From an uncultured Clostridia bacterium (GTDB taxonomy: Bacteria; Bacillota; Clostridia; Oscillospirales; CAG-272), in assembly GCA_945929845.1 (NCBI GenBank), contig CAMEON010000005.1, forward strand, positions 1 to 63,571: DNA of 63,571 nucleotides. Direction: 5' to 3'. Below are positions 29,995-38,858 of the stretch, one piece after another. Position 1 is the first letter of the stretch, and every line of letters starts with the position of its first letter. Below the pieces are notes generated by a model. It saw only the letters and a list, made by a program, of their open reading frames with translations. It did no database searches and was not told the origin of the DNA. The position numbers and the translations under genes are program-made.

Positions 29995-30211
29995 GGAGGC
30001 GGTTCTGCTGTCTTCTGTAAAAACAACGCTGGTTCTCCGGAAAAGAGACGGCAAAAACATAGCAGAACGCACCGAAACATACACAATACACATTTTTGAA
30101 AGTTCTTGGGGGTCTGCATGCACTGGCAACATCCGGCATCGCCGGTGGAGCCAGTGCTGTTCTTCTCAAGAAGCCCCCAGGCGTTCTCCCGTGCCCTACC
30201 TGAACTGTAAC
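29995..30211 (-). repeat. Repeat family B copy 2 (upstream of dapA)
   Basis: Reverse complement reads gttacagttcaggtagggcacgggagaacgcctgggggcttcttgagaagaacagcactggc...gacccccaagaactttcaaaa; lower boundary approximate. Confidence 0.8.
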
Positions 30212-30250
30212 CATCCCCCGGAACTTGTTGAAAGTTTATTCGGAAAGCCC

Positions 30251-30279
30251 TTGCAATTCGGCGGAATATGATATATAAT
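30251..30279 (+). promoter_or_regulatory. Putative SigA promoter of queA
   Basis: TTGCAA-N17-TATAAT. Confidence 0.6.
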
Positions 30280-30388
30280 ATATGCGGATGATACAAACTG
30301 CCGAAATCCGTCGTCTGACACCCCAGTATATGCGGCAAGGGGTGCCGTGGCGCAGGCGGATGAGGCAGAAAGCGGAAAGGAACTGTCC

Positions 30389-31468
30389 ATGAGCCAACCC
30401 ATACTCAACCGGCGTATTGATACCGACCTGAAGACCTCCGACTTTGCCTATGATCTGCCCCCGGAGCTGATCGCCCAACACCCCACCGAGCGGCGGGATG
30501 CCTCCCGGCTGATGGTGCTGAATCGGGCGGACGGCAGTCTGGCTCACAGGCATTTCTACGATATTGTGGAGTACCTGAACCCCGGCGATGTGCTGGTCAT
30601 CAACGACTCCAAGGTGATCCCCGCCCGGCTGTACGGCCACGCCGAGGGAAGGGAGGAGGCTGCACTGGAGTTGCTTTTGCTCCGGCAGAGGGAGCTGGAC
30701 ACCTGGGAGTGCCTGGTCAAACCGGGCAAGCGTGCCCGTGTGGGCTCCCGGTGCGTGTTCGGGGGCGGCATACTGACCGGGGAGGTGGTGGACATCGTGG
30801 AGGAAGGGAACCGGCTCATCCGTTTCTCCTTTGACCACGGGAAGTATGAGAATATATACAACATCCTCCATGAGATCGGACTGATGCCTCTGCCTCCCTA
30901 CATCACGGAGCAGTTGCAGGATAACGACCGCTACCAGACCGTGTACGCCAAGGAGGAAGGCTCTGCCGCCGCCCCCACCGCCGGACTGCACTTTACCAAG
31001 GAACTGCTGGAGACCCTGAAACAGAAGGGCGTCGCCATCGCCCCGGTCATGCTCCATGTGGGACTGGGCACCTTCCGCCCGGTCAAGGAGACCAACATCA
31101 CAGACCATGTCATGCACACGGAGTTCTTCTCGGTTCCGGCGGAATCCGCAGACAGGATCAACGCCTGCCGGGCCGCCGGGGGGCGGGTGGTCTGCGTGGG
31201 CACGACCTCCTGCCGGACGCTGGAGTCAGCGGCGGCGGAGGACGGCACCGTCCGGGCCATGTCCGGGGACACCGGCATATTCATCTATCCGGGATACCGC
31301 TTCAAGGCCACGGACTGCCTCATCACCAACTTCCACCTGCCGGAGAGCACCCTGCTCATGCTGGTCTCCGCATTCTACAGCAGGGAAAAGATCATGGAGG
31401 CCTACCGGGAGGCGGTGAAGGAAAGGTATCGGTTCTTCTCTTTCGGGGATGCTTGCCTGATCCTGTGA
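30389..31468 (+). CDS. queA: S-adenosylmethionine:tRNA ribosyltransferase-isomerase
   Basis: DFAYDLPPELIAQHP, INDSKVIPARL, PLPPYI, YQTVYA, AAPTAGLHFT, HVGLGTF, TNFHLPEST, YRFFSFGDA. Confidence 0.97.
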   Translation: MSQPILNRRIDTDLKTSDFAYDLPPELIAQHPTERRDASRLMVLNRADGSLAHRHFYDIVEYLNPGDVLVINDSKVIPARLYGHAEGREEAALELLLLRQRELDTWECLVKPGKRARVGSRCVFGGGILTGEVVDIVEEGNRLIRFSFDHGKYENIYNILHEIGLMPLPPYITEQLQDNDRYQTVYAKEEGSAAAPTAGLHFTKELLETLKQKGVAIAPVMLHVGLGTFRPVKETNITDHVMHTEFFSVPAESADRINACRAAGGRVVCVGTTSCRTLESAAAEDGTVRAMSGDTGIFIYPGYRFKATDCLITNFHLPESTLLMLVSAFYSREKIMEAYREAVKERYRFFSFGDACLIL

Positions 31469-31559
31469 TACCAATCGGTTGTAGATACACAGGATGTTTA
31501 CTGTGCGTTGCCCCCTTTCATTTCCAGCAGTAAGAGCCGGATGAACTTCCTGAATGCAG

Positions 31560-31588
31560 TTGACAGAATCACGATACCGTGATATAAT
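31560..31588 (+). promoter_or_regulatory. Consensus SigA promoter of the TA-like pair
   Basis: TTGACA-N17-TATAAT. Confidence 0.75.
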
Positions 31589-31620
31589 AGGATCAGAGAG
31601 AAAAAGCAAAATAGGGGGGA

Positions 31621-31881
31621 ATGAAAATGCCCGTATTGTCGAGATTCTACGGTATCACCATCAGAATGTACTTTTTGCAAAGCGAGCACAATCCGCCACA
31701 TATCCATGCCATTTATAACGATGATGTGGCGGCCATAGATTTTATGACAGGCCGGGTGCTGGAAGGGCACCTTCCCAACAAGGCCATGAGTATGGTGCAG
31801 GAATGGATCTCCCTGCATAAAGGTGCTTTGATGGAGATCTGGGAAACGCAGGAGTTCAAGGAGATCCCGCCACTTGAGTGA
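31621..31881 (+). CDS. DUF4160-family protein (putative type II toxin)
   Basis: MPVLSRFYGITIRMY...EHNPPHIHAIY...GHLP...V.EW...H...L...W...IPPL. Confidence 0.85.
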   Translation: MKMPVLSRFYGITIRMYFLQSEHNPPHIHAIYNDDVAAIDFMTGRVLEGHLPNKAMSMVQEWISLHKGALMEIWETQEFKEIPPLE

Positions 31882-31896
31882 GAAGGAGGTAAGGAT

Positions 31897-32337
31897 ATGT
31901 TTCACAAGATCAAGAATGTATCTGCGCTCCCTGAGTACAGGCTTTCCGTCCAGTTTTCGGAGGGTGTCACCAAAATTTACGATGTGAAGCCATTGTTCAC
32001 AAAAATACCTGCTTTCACAAGACTGGAAGCACATCCGGGTGAATTTCCCTGTGTATCGGTAGATACCGGCGGATACGGCATTGTTTGGGACGATAACCTT
32101 GACCTTTCCTGTGATGAGCTTTGGGAGAATGGCGTGCGGATGGATACTCCGTTTGACGGACTGATGGCTTTCAGTGATGCAACGGAGCTTTGGGGTCTGA
32201 ACGAAAGCACCTTGCGCAAAGCCATTGCCTACGGAAAACTGGTCAATGGCGTTGATGTCTGCAAATTTGGCAAACAGTGGGTGGTTTCCGTTGCAGCGAT
32301 GAAAAGGGAGTACGGAGAAAAACCAAAACCCGTGTAG
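31897..32337 (+). CDS. DUF2442-family protein with C-terminal HTH (putative antitoxin)
   Basis: V.ALPEYRL.VQFSEG...YDVKPL...GGYGIVW...DL; C-terminal ATELWGLNESTLRKAI...KFGKQWVV. Confidence 0.8.
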   Translation: MFHKIKNVSALPEYRLSVQFSEGVTKIYDVKPLFTKIPAFTRLEAHPGEFPCVSVDTGGYGIVWDDNLDLSCDELWENGVRMDTPFDGLMAFSDATELWGLNESTLRKAIAYGKLVNGVDVCKFGKQWVVSVAAMKREYGEKPKPV

Positions 32338-32447
32338 TCCGTTCACGCAGATCGGTTGTACAGTATACCGGTCGGCAGGCTTTTCATACCTTCATACCAT
32401 ACTCTTCGGAGAAAGATACAGATCGGATACAGAAAGGAACAACAATC

Positions 32448-33269
32448 ATGAAAAATCAGATCATCATGCTAAACACAGTCACAGGTGGCCAGATGAACAG
32501 CTTCATCATCACCACCGACGATGGCAAGGTCATCGTCATGGACGGCGGCTTCAATCAGGATGCAGACAACCTGATCGACTGGCTGAAAAAGCTGACAGGT
32601 CAGGAAGTACCCCATGTGGACGCCTGGTTCTTCAGCCATCCCCACCTGGATCACATCTCGGCCTTTGTCCAGATCATGGAGACCAAGCCGGAGGCTTTGG
32701 ATGTGGAGAGAGTATACTACAATTTCCCCTCCCTCCAGTACCTGGCCGCCGAGGAACCCAACGAGATCACCCCGGTTCGATTCTACAAGATCATGCCCAC
32801 CTTCGCCGAGAAGTGCGTCATCATCTCAGCCGGCGATGTGTATGACATCGGCCATGCCCACATTGAGGTGCTCTGCTCCCCCAGCCCGGAGTACAGGCAC
32901 AATGTGTTCAACAACGCCTCCTGCGTGCTGATGCTGACCCTGGGTGGCAAGAAGACCCTGTTCTTAGGGGATGCCGGCCGGGAAGAGGGAGAAAAGATGC
33001 TCCGGATGTATGCCGGCACCGATAAGCTGAAGGCGGACTATGTGCAGATGGCTCACCACGGACAGAACGGGGTGGAGAAGGACTTCTACGAGGCGGTGGC
33101 TCCCACCGGCTGCCTGTGGTGCACACCCCGGTGGCTGTGGGAGAACAACGCCGGAAAGGGGTATAATACCCACATCTTCAAGACCATCGAAGTGCGGGGC
33201 TGGATGGAGGAGCTGGGTGTCAAGGAGCACTACATCCTGATGAACGGCGTGCAGACCCTGGAGCTGTGA
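32448..33269 (+). CDS. MBL-fold metallo-hydrolase (ComEC/Rec2-type domain)
   Basis: VMDGG, SHPHLDH, NNAS, LFLGDA, MAHHG. Confidence 0.85.
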   Translation: MKNQIIMLNTVTGGQMNSFIITTDDGKVIVMDGGFNQDADNLIDWLKKLTGQEVPHVDAWFFSHPHLDHISAFVQIMETKPEALDVERVYYNFPSLQYLAAEEPNEITPVRFYKIMPTFAEKCVIISAGDVYDIGHAHIEVLCSPSPEYRHNVFNNASCVLMLTLGGKKTLFLGDAGREEGEKMLRMYAGTDKLKADYVQMAHHGQNGVEKDFYEAVAPTGCLWCTPRWLWENNAGKGYNTHIFKTIEVRGWMEELGVKEHYILMNGVQTLEL

Positions 33270-33285
33270 CGGATGCCCGGCAGGA

Positions 33286-34257
33286 ATGAACGGTGAACTG
33301 AACCAAAAGCCAAGGATCCTTGCCGTGGTGGGCTGTACCGCCGGGGGCAAGACCGCCCTGACCGTGGAGCTGGCCCGGCGGCACGGGGGGGAGGTTGTCT
33401 CCTGTGACTCCATGCAGATCTACAGGGGCATGGACATCGGCACCGCCAAACCGGATGCGGCGGAGCAGGCCGGCATTCCCCACTGGATGCTGGATGTGGC
33501 CGACCCGGCTGACCCCGGGGGCTACTCCTGCGCCGACTATGTCCGGGATGCCGGGGCGGCGGTGCGGGACATCCTGTCCCGGGGGAAACTGCCCATCCTG
33601 TGCGGGGGGACTGGCCTGTATTTGGATGCGTTCCTGCGGGGAGGCACCTTTGCGGTGACAGAAACCGATTCCGCCCTGCGGGGGGAGCTGACTGCCATAG
33701 CCAATCGGGAAGGGCCGGAGGCACTCCATGCCATGCTGGCCGAGGTTGACCCGGAGAGTGCGGCGGCCATCCATCCCCACAATGTCAAGCGGGTGATCCG
33801 GGCATTGGAGATCTACCGCACCACCGGGCGGAAAAAGAGTCAGCTGGATATAGAGTCCCGGACAGCGCCGTCCCCCTGGGATGCCCTTGTGGTGGGACTC
33901 CGGTACAACGACCGGGCCATCCTGTACCGCCGTATCGACCGCCGGGTGGATGCCATGCTGGCCGGGGGACTGGTGGAGGAGACACGCCGCCTGCGGCAGG
34001 CGGGGATCTTCGATGTGTGCAGTACCGCCGCCCAGGCCATCGGGTATAAGGAGCTTTTCCCCTACCTGGACGGGGAGATGACGCTGGAGGAGGCGGCCGG
34101 GGTGCTCAAGACAGCCACCCGCCGCTATGCCAAGCGGCAGATCACCTGGTTTTCGGCCAGGGACTATGTGCACTGGGTGGACGCAGATAGCCCTGATGGG
34201 GAACGAGATTTTGAAGATATTGTAAACAATGTGGAAAAACTCTTTTCTGATCCGTGA
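33286..34257 (+). CDS. miaA: tRNA dimethylallyltransferase
   Basis: VGCTAGGKT, DSMQIYRGMDIGTAKP, CGGTGLY, RVIRALE, QAIGYKE, YAKRQITW. Confidence 0.96.
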   Translation: MNGELNQKPRILAVVGCTAGGKTALTVELARRHGGEVVSCDSMQIYRGMDIGTAKPDAAEQAGIPHWMLDVADPADPGGYSCADYVRDAGAAVRDILSRGKLPILCGGTGLYLDAFLRGGTFAVTETDSALRGELTAIANREGPEALHAMLAEVDPESAAAIHPHNVKRVIRALEIYRTTGRKKSQLDIESRTAPSPWDALVVGLRYNDRAILYRRIDRRVDAMLAGGLVEETRRLRQAGIFDVCSTAAQAIGYKELFPYLDGEMTLEEAAGVLKTATRRYAKRQITWFSARDYVHWVDADSPDGERDFEDIVNNVEKLFSDP

Positions 34258-34319
34258 AAATGTGGTATACTATCCGGTAACGGCAGAAAGAAGGCGTACC
34301 TGTGCGGGGAGGGACGGTC

Positions 34320-35747
34320 ATGGAAACAAACGATACACAAGGCTCCTCCCTTCCTGCGGGAGAGGACACCGGTGGGACAAGCCCGGTCACAGCCCAGGCT
34401 ACAGCCGGACATAGCGGGACGGCACAGCCCGGGAAGCAGACACCTCCCGCCTATGGCGTGCTGATCCGGCTGGGGCTGATCCTCCTGCTCGTGGGGCTGA
34501 TCGGCTTTTCTGTCTACCAGTTGTACCGCCATATGACCCGGGGACTGAACACCCTGCGCACCCAGGAGGTCACGGATGTGTCCTATGCCACCCTGGAGCT
34601 GTACCTGTTCCGGGATGAGGCGGTGCTGACCGCCCCGGGCGGCGGCAATGTCTTTGCCTACCGGGTGCAGGACGGGGAGAAGGTGGCCGCCGGCACCCTC
34701 CTTTGGGATGGGTACACTACCTTTGACAGCCAGCAGGCCGCCACCCTGCAAGCGCAGTTGAATCTGTATGGGGAACGGCTGGCTCGGCTGGACGGCTTCT
34801 TCAGTCAGGGAACGGCGGCGCTGACGGATGCCAAGTCAGCCAAGGATCGGATCGAGTCGGATTACCGGGGCGTGCTGGCCTCCGTGTCCGGGGGCGACCT
34901 CCGGGCCATGGCCGGCTACTCTGAGCAGATGCTGGCCGCTATGGATCGGTACAGCATGCTGATCGGGAGCGGCGGCGGTGCGGCGGTTCAGCGGGAGACG
35001 CTGACAGCCGCCCGGGAGGCTCTGCTCCAAGGGCTGACCGCCGCAGGCAGTTTGCAGACCGACCAGGCCGGGTGGTTCTACTACGATACCGATGGCTATG
35101 AGTCCGTCTTTTCCTACAGCGATGTCATGACGGTCACACCGGCGGACTTCCGCCGCATGACCGGGGCTTCGGCTGAAACGGCGGCCTTTGGCACCGGGGG
35201 CAAGATGGTGTACAGTGCCGAGTGGTATGCTGTCTGTTCCGTGTCGCTGACTGAGGCGGCTTGCTTCACCGTGGGCGGCAGCTACACTATGCTGTGCGGA
35301 GACAGTGCCGGGTGCGAGATCCCCATGACCTGCGTCCGTGTGGATGCCGATGCGGAGGGAGCCCTGCTGGCGTTCAGGTCCATGGCCATGCCGGATGGGT
35401 TTGCCTTTGAGCGGCGGATGACCGTCCAGACGGCATATGCGTCCGTCAGCGGCTACCGCATACCGGAAAGTGCCGTGGTGACGGAGACATCTCCCACCAC
35501 CGGGGAGCAGGTCAGCGGCGTGTATGTGCTGGAGGGGAATGTGGTTGCCTTCCGCCGGGTGTGGGTGCGTGAGAGCCGGGACGGCTACCTGATCGCCTAC
35601 ACCGAGGCGGAGGCAAAGGCTATCCTCGCCACCATGGACGAGGACAGGCAGACAGCCATCGGGGAGGACGGCTGGTCCTTCCTGTCCCTGAATGACAACA
35701 TCATCGTCGGCGGCTCCGGACTGTATGACGGAAAGGTCATCGGATAG
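34320..35747 (+). CDS. HlyD-like membrane-anchored coiled-coil protein (conserved upstream of yggS in Clostridia)
   Basis: One TM helix; FRDEAV, DGEKVA, AG.FYYDTDGYE, GYRIP.SA; gene context. Confidence 0.65.
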   Translation: METNDTQGSSLPAGEDTGGTSPVTAQATAGHSGTAQPGKQTPPAYGVLIRLGLILLLVGLIGFSVYQLYRHMTRGLNTLRTQEVTDVSYATLELYLFRDEAVLTAPGGGNVFAYRVQDGEKVAAGTLLWDGYTTFDSQQAATLQAQLNLYGERLARLDGFFSQGTAALTDAKSAKDRIESDYRGVLASVSGGDLRAMAGYSEQMLAAMDRYSMLIGSGGGAAVQRETLTAAREALLQGLTAAGSLQTDQAGWFYYDTDGYESVFSYSDVMTVTPADFRRMTGASAETAAFGTGGKMVYSAEWYAVCSVSLTEAACFTVGGSYTMLCGDSAGCEIPMTCVRVDADAEGALLAFRSMAMPDGFAFERRMTVQTAYASVSGYRIPESAVVTETSPTTGEQVSGVYVLEGNVVAFRRVWVRESRDGYLIAYTEAEAKAILATMDEDRQTAIGEDGWSFLSLNDNIIVGGSGLYDGKVIG

Positions 35748-35812
35748 GCACGGGGCTGAGAGACGGAAAATACGCGAATACAGAAGGAGCAGAAAGGAAG
35801 GGATGCCAGGGT

Positions 35813-36589
35813 ATGGAGCAGACGGAGGATTATCGGTACCTGGACAGCAACCTTGCCCACATCCGGGAGGAGCTGGACAGGGCTTGTCGGGAAGCCGGAC
35901 GCTCCCCGGCGGAGGTCACGCTCCTGGCGGCGATCAAGAGCGCCGATGTGGGGCAGATCAATTACCTGCACCGGGTGCTGGGGGTCTGCGATGTGGGCGA
36001 GAATCGGGTACAGCAGCTGCTGGCCCGGTACGACCAGCTGGACAGGGAGGGTCTGCGGATCCACTTCATCGGCACCCTGCAAAGCAATAAGGTCAAGTAC
36101 ATCATAGATAAGGTGGATATGATCCAATCCCTGGACTCTCTGGGACTGGCTCGTGAGATAGAGAAGCAGTGTGTCCGGCACGACCGGGATATGGATGTGC
36201 TCATAGAGATCAACGCAGGGCACGAGGAGAGCAAGAGCGGTGTGGCACCGGAGGAGGCCGGGGCACTGGCGGCCGCTGTGTGCGGCGGGGACTTCCCCCA
36301 CCTGCACCTGCGGGGCTTCATGACCATGGCACCCCGGAGCGACGAGGATACCTACCGGCACATATTTGCCAATGTCCGCACCCTGTGTCGCCGCATATGG
36401 GAGGACACCCTGGGACGGGACAGTCCCATGGTGCTCTCCATGGGCATGTCAGAAAGCTATGTCCCGGCCGCCGCCGAGGGGGCGACCCTGGTGCGGGTAG
36501 GACGGGGACTGTTCGCAAGGCCGGAGGGGACAGGGGCACCGTCCCCCGCGTGCGTACCCAGCCTTGACGGGGACACGAAGCATCCGTAA
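35813..36589 (+). CDS. yggS: YggS/PLPBP pyridoxal-phosphate homeostasis protein
   Basis: GENRVQ, HFIGTLQSNKVK, IQSLDS, SKSG, GFMTM, LSMGMS, GATLVRVG. Confidence 0.93.
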   Translation: MEQTEDYRYLDSNLAHIREELDRACREAGRSPAEVTLLAAIKSADVGQINYLHRVLGVCDVGENRVQQLLARYDQLDREGLRIHFIGTLQSNKVKYIIDKVDMIQSLDSLGLAREIEKQCVRHDRDMDVLIEINAGHEESKSGVAPEEAGALAAAVCGGDFPHLHLRGFMTMAPRSDEDTYRHIFANVRTLCRRIWEDTLGRDSPMVLSMGMSESYVPAAAEGATLVRVGRGLFARPEGTGAPSPACVPSLDGDTKHP

Positions 36590-36641
36590 GAATCATAAAA
36601 TCAAAAATAATAAATGATCGCAGAAAGCAGAGGAGGCAACC

Positions 36642-37535
36642 ATGTCGAAGGTAATGGATTTCTTCAAGAAGACGAGCAACGATGAGCTGGAGGATCTGGA
36701 TTCCGGGTACGACAACGACTACTACAAGGGTGCGTATGTGGAGGAGGATCACGGGGATCGGGATGACCGGGGCGGCGACCCTGACAGCCGGGGAAGGAAA
36801 GACCGCAACGATTCCTATGACCGCAGGGGCAGACAGAGAGCGGACAGCAGCTACAGCGACGGGGCGGACGACGGCGGATACTACGCAGGCCGCTCTGACC
36901 GCACCGGGGATGGGGATGGCTTGTATATGCCCAACAGCCGGGACGACCGTCGTCCCGACCGTCGGGACGACCGTCAGGACGACCGTCGGGGCAACCGCCG
37001 GACGGAGGAGCGGGCAGACAGCCGCCCCGCCCGCAGGAGCACCACCTACGAGGAGCCGGAGTACGACAGCCGTACCAGCCGCCGGTATGCGGAAGAGGAG
37101 GAACAGCCGTACATACCTCCCCAGCGCAGACCTGTGGTGGTGGCCGAACCGGATCCGGAGCCTGCCGGGGCTGACACGCTGTATTTTGTCCCCACCTCCG
37201 ACAAGGACAGCCGGGAGGATATGGTAGACGGTATGCGGGATGGCCATGTGGTGGTGGTCAGTGTGGTCAAGCTGGAGGTGCCGGAGGTGATCCGCCTGTC
37301 CGACTACATACAGGGTGCCGTGTACGCCTTGGAGGGAGACCTGTTCCGCCTGGACAGAACCACCGTGGTGATGGTGCCGAAGGGCGTGGAGGTGGATCCG
37401 GACACGCTGGACATTCCCGAGGAGGATGCCGATGACATAGACGAAGAAGAGGAAGAGGACGACGGAGACGGCTACGGAGAGGATGACGACAGCGATGGCG
37501 ATGGCGACAGCGACGAGCAGGAGGAGGACTTCTGA
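36642..37535 (+). CDS. sepF: Cell division protein SepF with long low-complexity extensions
   Basis: C-terminal core MVDGMRDGHVVVV...RLSDYIQGAVYALEG...VMVPKGVEV; position after yggS. Confidence 0.8.
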   Translation: MSKVMDFFKKTSNDELEDLDSGYDNDYYKGAYVEEDHGDRDDRGGDPDSRGRKDRNDSYDRRGRQRADSSYSDGADDGGYYAGRSDRTGDGDGLYMPNSRDDRRPDRRDDRQDDRRGNRRTEERADSRPARRSTTYEEPEYDSRTSRRYAEEEEQPYIPPQRRPVVVAEPDPEPAGADTLYFVPTSDKDSREDMVDGMRDGHVVVVSVVKLEVPEVIRLSDYIQGAVYALEGDLFRLDRTTVVMVPKGVEVDPDTLDIPEEDADDIDEEEEEDDGDGYGEDDDSDGDGDSDEQEEDF

Positions 37536-37665
37536 CTGCGGCGGCGGGATGAAAGATCCTGTAACCTGCGTGTTGCACACAGCAGATGAAAACAAACAGA
37601 AGCGAACCTGTCCTGCCCATTGGCTGACCGGCCGCTTGTTCCGGCCGGGGAGGGCATAGAAACGC

Positions 37666-37944
37666 ATGACACAGATCGCATATGTATTGGTGAATTTTAT
37701 CGTCCTGTTCCTACAGGCGCTGCTGATCGCCATGTTGATCCGGGCGATCATGAGCTGGTTTACCATGGGGGAGGAGAATCGCTTAACCAAATTCCTCTAT
37801 GTGGTCACGGAGCCGGTGGTGATGCCGATACGCAACCTGTGTGTGCACTTCGGCTGGTTCACGGATGTGCCTGTGGATATGCCCTTCTTCATCACCACCG
37901 TGATCCTGGGCTTCGCTTGCTTCATCCTGAGAAGCCTGTTCTGA
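37666..37944 (+). CDS. yggT: YggT/YlmG family membrane protein
   Basis: LIRAIMSWF...LYVVTEPVVMPIR...VDMPF. Confidence 0.88.
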   Translation: MTQIAYVLVNFIVLFLQALLIAMLIRAIMSWFTMGEENRLTKFLYVVTEPVVMPIRNLCVHFGWFTDVPVDMPFFITTVILGFACFILRSLF

Positions 37945-37956
37945 CGGAGGTGCGGT

Positions 37957-38814
37957 GTGGAGCAAAGCAAGCATGGGGGAACCGCCCCGGATGAGGACAT
38001 CCGTGCCCTGTACGCCCGCCTGGACGATCTGTCGGCGGCGGCAGAGCGGGGTGAGCTGGCCATGACCGCTTTCCTGACCCCCCGGGAGGCGAAGTATGCC
38101 TGTGCCCGCCTTTCCCATCGGTTGTCCTGCGGCCTGGCTGTGTGCTGGGGCGGGTACGAGGAGGCGGCGCGGGTGCGCATGATCCTTCTTCCGGATTATG
38201 CAGAGGGGATGATCTCACAGGAGACCCTCTCTGCCAATCCGGCGGCGGCACTGGCCGGTGCCGGACTGGAGGAGCTGTCCGATGCCCTGCTTGCGGCGGT
38301 GACTGCCCTGCGCATCCGTGGCTCCGGGTACCGGACGCTGACCCACCGGGACTACCTGGGTTCCCTGATGGGAGCCGGACTGAGTCGGGATGCCGTGGGG
38401 GATGTGCTGGTGGAGAGTGACTGCTCCGCTGTGGTCATCTGCGGGGAGCGGATGGCCGCTTACCTGGCGGACAACCTGGAGAAGGTGGGGGCGGACACGG
38501 TGAAGGTCAGCCGCCTGTCGGCGGGGGAGAGACCGCAAGCCCGCCGCCTGACCCAGCCCATACAGGACACGGTGGCCTCGGAGCGGCTGGACTGTGTGGT
38601 GGCGGCTCTGTGCAACCTGTCCCGGGACAAAGCCCAGACCCTGATCCGGGGCGGACTCTGCGAGCTGGAGTACGAGCCGGTACAGGACTGCGACCGGGCG
38701 GTGGAGCCGCCTGCGGTGCTGTCGGTTCGTGGGTACGGGAAGTTCCGCATAGACACCCTGGGGGACAGGACCAGAAAGGGACGGCTTCGCCTCCTTGCGG
38801 TCAGGTATATTTGA
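37957..38814 (+). CDS. ylmH: YlmH/Sll1252 family S4 RNA-binding protein
   Basis: TAFLTP, GGYEEA.R, LTHRDYLGSLM, VGD, VASERLD, LSVRGYGKF, TRKGR. Confidence 0.88.
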   Translation: MEQSKHGGTAPDEDIRALYARLDDLSAAAERGELAMTAFLTPREAKYACARLSHRLSCGLAVCWGGYEEAARVRMILLPDYAEGMISQETLSANPAAALAGAGLEELSDALLAAVTALRIRGSGYRTLTHRDYLGSLMGAGLSRDAVGDVLVESDCSAVVICGERMAAYLADNLEKVGADTVKVSRLSAGERPQARRLTQPIQDTVASERLDCVVAALCNLSRDKAQTLIRGGLCELEYEPVQDCDRAVEPPAVLSVRGYGKFRIDTLGDRTRKGRLRLLAVRYI

Positions 38815-38858
38815 GTAAGACCTATATTCTATCTAAATAAAGGAGTTTTCAGTTTTTT

